Below the pieces are notes generated by a model. It had not been told where the DNA came from. It ran no database searches and saw nothing but the letters and a program-made list of their open reading frames with translations. The position numbers were made by a program, and so were the translations under genes. A stretch of 64,000 nucleotides of DNA from Macrostomum lignano (Eukaryota): assembly GCA_002269645.1 (NCBI GenBank), contig NIVC01003474.1, positions 32,138 to 96,137 on the forward strand, written 5' to 3'. Below are positions 13,301 to 24,319 of this stretch, one piece after another. Every line of letters begins with the position of its first letter. Position 1 is the first letter of the stretch.

Positions 13301-15794
13301 GTTTCGGAAATAAGGTGCGTGAATGTATAGAAATCAATGTATGCAATATGAACACTACATGTACATGCTAATTGAGACCATGTGAAGAGATTACATGCAA
13401 CTTCAAGTCTAGCATTCTTCTCACATGACTTGGCTATCGCTTGGTCATAGACCCTTAATTCCTTAATTGTACCATGACCTCTTTACCCTTTGGGCATATA
13501 ATGTCGCCCATCGATTCCAAGCTCTCGTTACCACCCAAAAAAGTGACAGGAGTAAAGCAAAAAATGGGACAAAGACATGTTTATGGCCGAAACCTCATTA
13601 TCTTGCAAGTACAGCAACGCCTAGACCACGAGTGCGCGTCGCACATCTACCCACATCTCCCAATAGTACTCGTATATTAACGCCTAACGGCGCCCTCTGA
13701 TTTCCCATTTACGCCCCTAAAGCATGGGTATTACTATACTGCATTAATACCCATGCTTTACGCTCGTAAAGGCGTTAATGGAACGCCGCAGGCGGGCAGG
13801 TCAGGGCCAAGATCAGATACACGCAAGATCTGGGCCACGCATTAACCACTTAATGTGGCGATTGAAGCTAATGTGAAAAAGATTTTGCAACTTGCGACTG
13901 CTGAACTGTAGAGACTACTTTCGTCAGTAGTCTCTAAAATTCCCCTTATTACCGCAATACAAAGTGGCCCATCTAGAGAATATAAGATCCATGGGCAGGG
14001 GAACGGTAGCAAAGATTCAGAACAATCAGAGTTCACATTTAGCAAGTACACAAACGTAACTGAGAATATCACTGGGCTCATCACGTTACTTTTTGATTGT
14101 ATTTTTATATAACAGAATGTTTACTCCGACGAATATTGAATGAAGTCAAGTGAAAACTAAACTCGCAATAGGCTGGATGAAACTATAAACTTCTGGCAGT
14201 GCAAAAGCAGCGCGATGTAAGAGTGAGAGCGCGATTTTAATACAGGAAATAAAACTGTCGTATACATTCAGAAACAATTACAATTCGTTTTCTATAAGAA
14301 TGAGGGCAAAAGTCGGAAGTGAAAGGCTAACCGACCAAACAAAATTATTTACAACTGACAAAACTTTCAAAGGTAGCCAGGGTAAATCGATCGCTCTCAT
14401 TTAAACAAAAGTTAATTACAAATGGCGAAAGCTGTTTAACCGATTGCTTCAACACCACAGCAATACGAAGAAAGCTAATTAAACAATAAATCAATGATTG
14501 AATACTTGCAGAGAAATCAGATTCAAGTAACATGTAAATCAGATTTTACATGTGCGTTCATATTCCGAGAAGCCATAAGTCATTGCAGCACAGTTTTATC
14601 GTGCGTCTGCATCAGCTATCAAGAATTCATCTAGATCCACAACAGAACTGAAACTCGTCAAGCCAGTGGGTGCAATCACAATTCGCTATCAATAAGACTG
14701 GCAATGTGTCAGGGTTTGTAAAAGCGAACAATTTATGAAAAAGCGATACAATCCTACTAAATTAGTCACTCGACTTTGTAAGCTTTACTTAAAAGCACTT
14801 TAAAATTAAACTGCCTACAAAGAAAAGCGTATTAAGGTTGTGCTGCAGTGGAGCTGGTGATACACAAATACCTCTCGATCAGGACTGCAAATTGGACAGA
14901 AAGACCGACATGAACGAAGCCAGTCAGCAAACGGCCGGGGCGCAACGTGATGAAACAACCATGAGAGCCATCATGATGCACCAAAAACTGACTTTCGAAG
15001 CACTCGAGGATCTGCTAAAGGATCTGCGCTGCAATAACCAGCTATATAATGGGTTGGTATCACCCAGCAACTCTCTAGAGACTTTAGACATGGGATCGGC
15101 AAACCTTTTTACCTGGAGGGCAAGATAGAGAATCCAAGATCATGACTGTTTGCCAGATGAGAGAGGAAAGGAGAGGGAATAGAGGAGAGAGAAAAGGAAA
15201 GATAAGATGAAATATGAGATGGTAGAGAAGATAAGAAGAGAGAAAAAGGGAAGAGACATTGGAGATTAGAAAAAAGAAAATAGAGGGAAGAGACGAGAGA
15301 GAAGTTTCGAAGGACCTAAGGAATGGAGAGAGAGGCCAGAGGCCAGAGTCCAGAGCTTGTAACGCATGTTTAGACAGATGTTGCCTGTCATCGACATCAT
15401 TCCGCGCGGCACCCCAGCCGAAGAGATCCAATGCTTGCCTCAAATTTTGCATCTGTGGCAATCAGTTAAAAAGCTGCAATTGGGAACCAGCATTAGGGCC
15501 GCAGTTTATGGGGATAAAACGGCTTATATCAATTTTGAGTCCCAAGAATGAAACAAGCATAACTTTACATTTGAGCGAATCTCTAGGAGATGATTCTAAG
15601 CCCGATCAGACAGGAATATGTTTTAAGAATGTATGCAAAAACAGTCCCGGGATTGGAATTCAACGGGTTCAAAATCAAGCTTGTCTATAGAAATGAATAC
15701 TCTGTCTGTCTGTGTGTCTGTGTACAAAGTTGATCACTATGGACTCCCAAACCGCAAATATTGTAGTATAATAAAATTTTTGAATTCAGAAAAT

Positions 15795-17265
15795 CACTGC
15801 CTAGTGCTGCCTGGAGGGCCATTAACCAGCTGACTGGCAGGAAGCCCAGGCTCAACATAATATTCGGTGCTGATTCCACCGAGCACCGCAAGGCCCTGCT
15901 GGCCACCCACTATCGCGAGGTGCTCAATGCGCGTCTTCTGCCAATCCCAAACTTCGCTCCAGCCCAGGCAGGTGCCTTCAACACCGGCCCCTTCACTTCA
16001 GGCGAGGTTGGCCGAGCGCTGACGACCATGCGAGCTGATGCCGCTTCTGGGGTTGACACCATCCGTCCCAGGGTCCTGAAGCTGCCTGAGCTCCACTCCA
16101 AGCATCACCAGCTTGCTGAACAAGCACTGCAGCCTTGGAGGCAACGAGGCTGCCCCAGCTCCTCAGCAATGGCGCACCTCCAAGATTGTCTCCACCAGCC
16201 TCCACCAGCCTGGACAACCAGCGGGGCATCGCTCTGGAATGTACAACGCCGAAGCTGCTGACCGCAATTCTTCACATCCGCCTCCTGCCCGGCCTCAACC
16301 CGCTGCTGCTGAGCCAACAAAGCGGCTTCCGTCCAGGCAGGTCCACCACCGAGCAGGTTGCCACCATCCGCTCTGTCATCGAGGCCTGCAAGACTTGCCA
16401 GCTTTGTCGACTTTTGCAAGGCATTTACACGATGGGTGTCCAGGCCTGCAATCGGGTGGCTTCTATCTCACTATGAAGAAAATGCTGCGCTGGTGAGCGC
16501 GGTAATGGACCTCTACCGCGACTCCAGGGCCTTTGTCGATCATTTCGAGCGATGGCATCACAGAAGAGTTCGGCACCAGCTCAGGCGTCCTTCAGGGCGA
16601 CACGCTGGCTCCCCTGCTTTCCTTCGTGGCTGTGGACTACATTTACGTGCTTCGTCGGTCCCTTCGCGAGGATGACAGCTACTTGCTGGTCTCACGCCGA
16701 AGCTCCAGACGCCCTGCTGTTTTGCTTCCCGCTCTCCGTATGCTGCCCAGTGGGCTCTCACAAGGCTTTGCGGTGTGGGTGCCCGTGTTGGGCTGCTGGT
16801 GAATTCTCGCAAGACAAAGGTGCTGCACGTGGGCACGAATACAGCCCCAAATCTCACGCTGCCCAATGGAGACCGCATCTCGGTGTGCGAGGACTTTCGG
16901 TACCTCGGCGTACTGGTGATGAACCCAGTTGCAATTGTCTGACAGAAGAAACCAGGGCCTAGCGCGCTGCGCACCTCCTTAGGAACGTCTTTAATTCAGC
17001 TGCCAGAGACAACTTGAAGGTGCGCCTGTTCTGCGCAGCCGCAGAGCCGATCCTCCTGCACGGCATGGAGGCGGTGCCGCTGACCGTCACGCGAAGACGA
17101 GCCCTGGACGCGCTCTACCGATCGCTGCTGCGCTACGCGCTGGGCGTGCACCACGCGGAGCGCCTGCCGACCCGCGCTTGAGCACCACCCTGAGCGCTAC
17201 CCCGAGCAACCGCCGTCAGATGCTGCTGGCCACTGCATGCCTACGGACCCTGGACCGCGGTGTGC
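15795..17265 (+). mobile_element. Degenerate non-LTR RT fragment (RTE-like), copy B
   Basis: Same motifs as 625-2095 (QQSGFRPGRST, GVLQGDTLAP, EDFRYLG) with independent indels. Confidence 0.88.
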
Positions 17266-17759
17266 AACAAACAACAGAAAACAGGAAACAGACAACAAAG
17301 GTAGCTCTTCACAGACCAGCAGATCGAGTGCAAGTGCGGCAGAAGGAGAGCAAATAGAAGCCTTCGACCACAGAAAAGATCATTGACATCAGCAGCCGGC
17401 GCCAACAGTTTCCCATTGAGTTCTTCCACTCCCAAGAGCAGGGTCGGCAAACTCCGGCCCCGCGGGCCACATGCGGAATGCGAAGTCTCTATCCGGCTCT
17501 TGGTTCCTTGAAACCTAACAATCCCGTCTGCTCAAGGTTGGTATTTCCTTTCAGCACTCTTTTTTCTATGCTCTCCTCTCTCCCTTTTTCTCCCCCCTCG
17601 ATCCCCTCTTCTTTATCTTATCTATTTTTTCTGTCTGTCTTTTCTGCGTCTCTTCTCTTCTGTCATCTCTTATCTTCTATTCCCTATACCCTATCCACTC
17701 TCATCAGATCTGCGGCCATGAGCTGGATTCTTTATCTGGCCCATGACGTAAAAAGCTTG

Positions 17760-17850
17760 CCTATCCTTGCTCCACTGGAGCTTGCGGGAACGCCATCGCC
17801 GCACAACCTCCAGTTAAAAGTGAGTGCACCAATTATACTACTTACTACGC
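17760..17850 (+). pseudogene. Helitron-type helicase fragment, copy B
   Basis: PILAPLELAGTPSPHNLQLKVSAPIILL. Confidence 0.5.
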
Positions 17851-18960
17851 AATGTAAATGCCAAGCAACTCTTTTCGAATTGGATTGAGGCAAAAATCGT
17901 GACAGAATCTGGCAAAGGGAAATTTTTGTCTCTGACTTAGCTGAGCTGGTGGCTTGAAATGATCTGACGGAGTCGATGACTTGCAATAATTGCGCCTATT
18001 CTGACTAATGAAGCTTCTGTTGAATGTAACTATGCTGTTCCATCCCTGGAGTCACAAGGTAATCATTTTGGATCTTTTCTATAACGCCACCGGTCTAACA
18101 TTGAGGGTGTTTGAGTTGATAGAGCGGATCACAAATAGCAATCACAAATGTTTAAGAATCCTCTCGAATCCTTGATCAGGAGATTAAAAAGCTATTTTTT
18201 CTGGAAAGGTTTTAACGGGAAAATACATAAAGTACCTCCAGTTTTCCCTAGTCTTTTGGCTTATCTAGCTATTTTTATTGAAAACGAAACGCAAGCAGGT
18301 GTTTTACAAGCAAATCGACTGTTTGCTAAAGCTTATACAGTTACAGCACGCTGAAACATGAGCGCTAATTTTTTTTTTGGTGCACAAACAAGAAGCTGTC
18401 ACACCAGCCTTTATCATCGCTTTTATACTATGCATGAATGGCGTGAAGGTGTAAAAAAGCCAGATGGTAAGCTCACACGTGGCATTGGATTTGTACAGGC
18501 AAAGCTTAAACTGTGTGATGCCGAGTGCGTGACTATAACAGCTTAGTTGTTCAATCATTCTCTGGATCGCATAACACGTGTGTAGGAGACACAGTTTGTC
18601 GAAAAGCGAAAACGCAACACCGGGCTTCCGGCAAACACACGCGCGACACGCAATATTGTAAGGCAGCTGATACAATGGACACAACTGAGAATACAGAGAC
18701 ACGTGAATCGCATTAATAATTCAAGACCAGCCACTCGAAATTCTAAGCATCCAGCAGTGTCTTTCACAGGACAAGGACAAAACACCCGGTAAAATGAAGA
18801 AGATAAGTTTGCAGTCCACTGATCTGCCTTAATATTGCTCTTGCCGGCAGAGGCGTTACGTTGCATGGTTTCATGCCAGGCTCGTAGGTTTGTAAATAAA
18901 AAATGGTAAAACGATATCTACGTGTAAGGGGTCTCTCTGGTTGCTTTCACAAAGGCGAAA

Positions 18961-19230
18961 GAGGATGTGAACTTAAGCGCGATTTGGAAGCCGTGAGTCC
19001 AGCAACCAAACCGCTGCGAAATTCTCCCTATTCAGACCCAAAAAAGACAAGAAAAGCGTAATTGATCTTTCTTCCACCCCGGCCGCTTCTGCATGGGATA
19101 AATGGGGAAAAATGGGGATTTCATGTGAACTTAAGGCTCTGGAATGGAAGCGCTGGCCGATTGAGCCGGTTTCTCTATCGGATCTCTCTACTGGACCGAA
19201 AATGAGACAAGAATCGTTAAAAACCGCATC
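18961..19230 (+). repeat. Left TIR (270 bp)
   Basis: Reverse complement of 24050-24319 with a few mismatches in the inner part. Confidence 0.95.
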
Positions 19231-19826
19231 CCTTTTGTGTTGATGATTTTTACGGGCCATACTTGGGATTCTACATTAGTAGGCAAGATAGGCTGACAGA
19301 GATGCCGAGGGTGCTGTGCCTTTGTAATCATATGCCTAAATCTTATGGACCTAATATTGAAATCGTCATTAATCGAGGCAGCCTCATTATATCCCGCACC
19401 CATATGTGCACGTAATTCTTGGCTAGCCAATATCATTTTATAATGAGTGTTCTTCACTTTTTATTGTCCTGACACCTTGAACTTTTTTTTGCTGGGCAAC
19501 GAGCATTTAAGTATTGATTACGCAATCTGAATCCCGCACCCATATGTGCACTGCATGTACATTTGCATGGCCGACGCTAAGTGTGTTAATAATACTGCGA
19601 TTATCATTATAAAAGTGTTGAAGTATTTGGGCAGAAAGTTATTTTATATGTCAAAAAAGCTTGTCAGTAGCCTTCAAGACAGCATGCTGGACTCTAAAGT
19701 GCGTGACCATTAGCCATTTATATTTCGAAATCTATGCGTGCAATAATTTGGTGATGCACATTTTCTGATCGACTCTTGCGGCTCATTGTTACCTTCACTT
19801 TTCAATCTATGTAACTTAGCTTTGTC

Positions 19827-21582
19827 ATGTACTGGGCATGCCATCGATGTGGTAAACAGTTCAGCAATGAATTCAACCTCAAGAAACATCAGCAGACAAC
19901 CAGGTGTTCGGTTTTAAAGGAAGCGACTTTCTTTGGCTCCTGCAAGTCATTCGCAGATGTGAGAGGTGTGCTGCAGCGTTCTCCAACCAAGGTTAAAAAT
20001 TTTTTAAACCCGAATCTTTTTCCTGAACTTTTGGCTGACAAGCGCTTTAAGAAAGTCGTTGGAATGTCTCGAGAGAACTTTGACAGCTTCAAAAGCCTCA
20101 TCTCTGGCTCAGTACGCACTAGATTTCTAAGTCAAGAGAACAGAGTATTTCTTTACCTGAAAAAACTCCGCCCATGGCGTCAGCTTTGAAGCCATAGGAA
20201 ACGATTTCAACATTTCTGCGCGCCGCGCTTGTGAAGTCTTTTGGGAGGTGGCCAAGGATCACTACATCAACGACCCTTTTCAACCAAGGCTACTGTCATG
20301 TGCTCCGATTGAGCCAAGGAACTGGCAAAAGAAATTCAGCAACTGGCAACCGTCGTGGATATTTATGGCCGTTTTGTTTTCGAGGCACACATCTCGAACA
20401 TATCGAGTCCTTCTTCGCCTCAGCGATTTACCGAATGGAAACCCTTTTGGATTCCACGATGCCGGTCTAAGGAGGCTACATGCCTACTACTCCTCGTCCA
20501 AAGTGGGTAGCCGAACAGCTGGCTGTGACTGCCATGTAATGACAGTTCTTTTGGTCCTAGGTCATTATGCCTACGACCCAGATTCCTTTCGCCAACGATA
20601 TCCTGAGCGCCGCTTCGTTGATACACAGCTTCCTAAAAGCCTCAACGCTAATCTTTACACCTCTCTACCTGCTGAGGAAAATTTTAGAACAGAGCCTCGT
20701 CAAGAGCATCGTTTAGGAGCAAAGGATGCCAAACAAACATCATCAAGAAGTTCAGAGCCGCAGCCTCTCTGTGGACTAAGAAATAGCGGAGCAGACTGCT
20801 ATGCCTATTCTGCTATTCAGCTTCTTTACTGGATGGAGCAGAAGGGCCCATTAATGAGACGGGACATAGCTAGCGACTTGCAAAGATCTTTACAGCTACT
20901 TTTTCATCAAATGCTAGCTCTAAAAAATACTTCTGCCGCAGAAGTACAAGGAATTATCAGGCGCATCTGGCCCGGCAGATTTGCTGCTGGTGAGCAGCAC
21001 TGCTTTCTGGAGTTCTTGGAAGCCCTGCTTTCGACTCTCTCGGTTGCTAATGGCGCCCTTGCAGATGTTACTGCGCTCCGTAATTGTCGACGTTGTGGCT
21101 ACAGCGCAGCCTCGATTCAAACAGGAACAATCAGAGAACAAATTCTTTGCGTTCCTCTCTCAGAGTACAGCAGGGCTCCGATTAGCCTTTACGATCTTTT
21201 GGAAGAGCGACTGCGACCACGCATTTCGCAGTGCGGCCAATTAGGATGCGAAGGCTTGATTGAAGAGCAGATTATTCTGTCAGCGGCCAAGTTTGCAATT
21301 ACGAGTATTTACTTCAGCAGAACTCCAGAAAACTATAACACCGAAAAAATCAACACCCAAATACGGTACTCACCAAGATCTGAGAGTAATTCCGACTTCG
21401 GCAGTCCTGTGATAGTGATATGCCACTATGGCAGATCTCTCCATCGCGGGCACTACACTACCAGTGTTTGGCATGACAATGTATGGTGGTTGATTGGCGA
21501 TTCCAGAATTGTGCCCAACTGCAATCCGTTTCTCCGGGATGCACAAAATATCGTTGCTGTAGTTGTGCAAAAGAAAGACTGA
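19827..21582 (+). CDS. Transposon-encoded C2H2-ZnF / transposase-type HTH / SWIM-like / USP (peptidase C19)-like protein; about 584 aa if the +1 frameshift at ~20172 is removed
   Basis: CHRCGKQFSNEFNLKKH (zinc finger). FKKVVGMSRENF...VFLYLKKLR|HGVSFEAIGNDFNISARRACEVFWEV (HTH, continuous after skipping one C at 20172). FSRHTSRTY...GSRTAGCDCHVMTVLLVLGHY (SWIM-like, first Cys pair lost). Cys box GLRNSGADCYAYSAIQLL, QHCFLEFLEALL, CRRC...CGQLGC, His box VICHYGRSLHRGHY...WWLIGDSRI. Confidence 0.8.
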
Positions 21583-21982
21583 TCGTCCTTTCACCAGATC
21601 GTAGACCCGAGCTAGACAAGTTTTAGTTTTTCCTTGCGATGCACTCCAAATTTCAAAAGATTTATACCTACCTATGAACTTTTGCTTGCCACTACTTGCT
21701 CTGTTACATGTACATGCTTGTTAATATTTGCTCATGTACTTCTGCTTGAAAATATTTGCTCATGCACTTTTGGTTCCCCTTATTTGCAAATGCACTGTAT
21801 CATACATTACTAAAATCGTGCGTTTTAATATTTCATTAAACCTGTTCAGAAAAGTCTAATACAGATACTTAAAAAGATATTTTAAGTACAAAGATCGTTA
21901 AATACAATTACAGAAATTTTTAAAACATTCTTCAACATAAAGACTCAAGGCAGCTTTACCGGCCTGTTTCATCGGTCAGATT

Positions 21983-24187
21983 CTGATTGTCGGTCCAGTA
22001 GAGAGATCCGATAGAGAAACCGGCTCAATCGGCCACGCTTCCATTTCAGAGCCTTAAGTTCACATGAAATCCCCATTTTTCCCCATTTATCCGATTCAGG
22101 GAGACCAAATGATACAGAGATGCGGTTTTCGACGATTCCTGTCTCATTGTTGGTCCAGTAGAGAGATCCGATAGAGAAACCGGCTCAATCGGCCACTGCT
22201 TCCATTCCAGAGCCTTAAGTTCACATGAAATCCCCATTTTTCCCCATTTATCCCATTCAGGGAGACCAAATGATAGAGAGATGCGGTTTTCGACGATTCC
22301 TGTCTCATTGTTGGTCCAGTAGAGAGATCCGATAGAGAAACCGGCTCAATCGGCCACTGCTTCCATTCCAGAGCCTTAAGTTCACATGAAATCCCCATTT
22401 TTCCCCATTTATCCCATTCAGGGAGACCAAATGATAGAGAGATGCGGTTTTCGACGATTCTTGTCTCATTGTCGGTCCAGTAGAGAGATCCGATAGAGAA
22501 ACCGGCTCAATCGGCCACCGCTTCCATTTCAGAGCCTTAAGTTCACATGAAATCCCCATTTTTCCCCATTTATCCCATTCAGGGAGACCAAATGATAGAG
22601 AGATGCGGTTTTCGACGATTCTTGTCTCATTGTCGGTCCAGTAGAGAGATCCGATAGAGAAACCGGCTCAACCGGCCACTGCTTCCATTCAAGAGCCTTA
22701 AGTTCACATGAAATCCCCATTTTTCCCCATTTATCCGATTCAGGGAGACCAAATGATAGAGAGATGCGGTTTTCGACGATTCTTGTCTCATTGTCGGTCC
22801 AGTAGAGAGATCCGATAGAGAAACCGGCTCAATCGGCCACTGCTTCCATTCCAGAGCCTTAAGTTCACATGAAATCCCCATTTTTCCCCATTTATCCCAT
22901 TCAGGGAGACCAAATGATAGAGAGATGCGGTTTTCGACGATTCTTGTCTCATTGTCGGTCCAGTAGAGAGATCCGATAGAGAAACCGGCTCAATCGGCCA
23001 CGCTTCCATTTCAGAGCCTTAAGTTCACATGAAATCCCCATTTTTCCCCATTTATCCGATTCAGGGAGACCAAATGATAGAGAGATGCGGTTTTCGACGA
23101 TTCCTGTCTCATTGTTGGTCCAGTAGAGAGATCCGATAGAGAAACCGGCTCAATCGGCCACTGCTTCCATTCCAGAGCCTTAAGTTCACATGAAATCCCC
23201 ATTTTTCCCCATTTATCCCATTCAGGGAGACCAAATGATAGAGAGATGCGGTTTTTGACGATTCTTGTCTCATTGTCGGTCCAGTAGAGAGATCCGATAG
23301 AGAAACCGGCTCAATCGGCCACTGCTTCCATTCCAGAGCCTTAAGTTCACATGAAATCCCCATTTTTCCCCATTTATCCCATTCAGGGAGACCAAATGAT
23401 AGAGAGATGCGGTTTTCGACGATTCTTGTCTCATTGTCGGTCCAGTAGAGAGATCCGATAGAGAAACCGGCTCAATCGGCCACTGCTTCCATTCCAGAGC
23501 CTTAAGTTCACATGAAATCCCCATTTTTCCCCATTTATCCCATTCAGGGAGACCAAATAATAGAGAGATGCGGTTTTCGACGATTCTTGTCTCATTGTCG
23601 GTCCAGTAGAGAGATCCGATAGAGAAACCGGCTCAATCGGCCACCGCTTCCATTTCAGAGCCTTAAGTTCACATGAAATCCCCATTTTTCCCCATTTATC
23701 CCATTCAGGGAGACCAAATGATAGAGAGATGCGGTTTTCGACGATTCTTGTCTCATTGTCGGTCCAGTAGAGAGATCCGATAGAGAAACCGGCTCAATCG
23801 GCCACCGCTTCCATTTCAGAGCCTTAAGTTCACATGAAATCCCCATTTTTCCCCATTTATCCCATTCAGGGAGACCAAATGATAGAGAGATGCGGTTTTC
23901 GACGATTCTTGTCTCATTGTCGGTCCAGTAGAGAGATCCGATAGAGAAACCGGCTCAACCGGCCACTGCTTCCATTCAAGAGCCTTAAGTTCACATGAAA
24001 TCCCCATTTTTCCCCATTTATCCGATTCAGGGAGACCAAATGATAGAGAGATGCGGTTTTCGACGATTCTTGTCTCATTGTCGGTCCAGTAGAGAGATCC
24101 GATAGAGAAACCGGCTCAATCGGCCACTGCTTCCATTCCAGAGCCTTAAGTTCACATGAAATCCCCATTTTTCCCCATTTATCCCAT
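21983..24187 (-). repeat. Tandem array of about 14 x 161-bp units inside the right end of the transposon
   Basis: ggtccagtagagag recurs at 21992, 22152, 22313, 22474, 22635, 22796, 22957, 23117, 23278, 23439, 23600, 23761, 23922 and 24083. One partial inverted copy lies in the left TIR (~19095-19230). Confidence 0.97.
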
Positions 24188-24319
24188 GCAGAAGCGGCCG
24201 GGGTGGAAGAAAGATCAATTACGCTTTTCTTGTCTTTTTTGGGTCTGAATAGGGAGAATTTCGCAGCGGTTTGGTTGCTGGACTCACGGCTTCCAAATCG
24301 CGCTTAAGTTCACATCCTC
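24050..24319 (-). repeat. Right TIR (270 bp)
   Basis: Ends ...gcgcttaagttcacatcctc; reverse complement of 18961-19230. Confidence 0.95.

Larger units (their letters stand above)
18961..24319 (+). mobile_element. 5359-bp TIR DNA transposon, Spy-like (PIF/Harbinger-ISL2EU-Spy group), inserted at AAA^TTT with no TSD
   Basis: TIRs 18961-19230 and 24050-24319 (GAGGATGTGAACTTAAGCGC...) are near-perfect. Flanks are aaa (18958-18960) and ttt (24320-24322). The paralogous empty site reads gaaatttc at 3743-3750. Confidence 0.88.

Noticed and set aside
14838-15128. 96-aa ORF
   Set aside because: No motif, no splice context, and it runs into a repeat.
18955-18964. GAAA/TTTC as part of the TIR or as a TSD
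   Set aside because: The empty site at 3743-3750 already contains gaaatttc, so these bases are host sequence and nothing is duplicated.
21983-24187. 161-bp array as a CRISPR or as repeated small ORFs (MGISCELKALEW...)
   Set aside because: The units are contiguous with no unique spacers and no cas genes are present. The ORFs are a by-product of the repeat and shift frame each unit (161 is not a multiple of 3).
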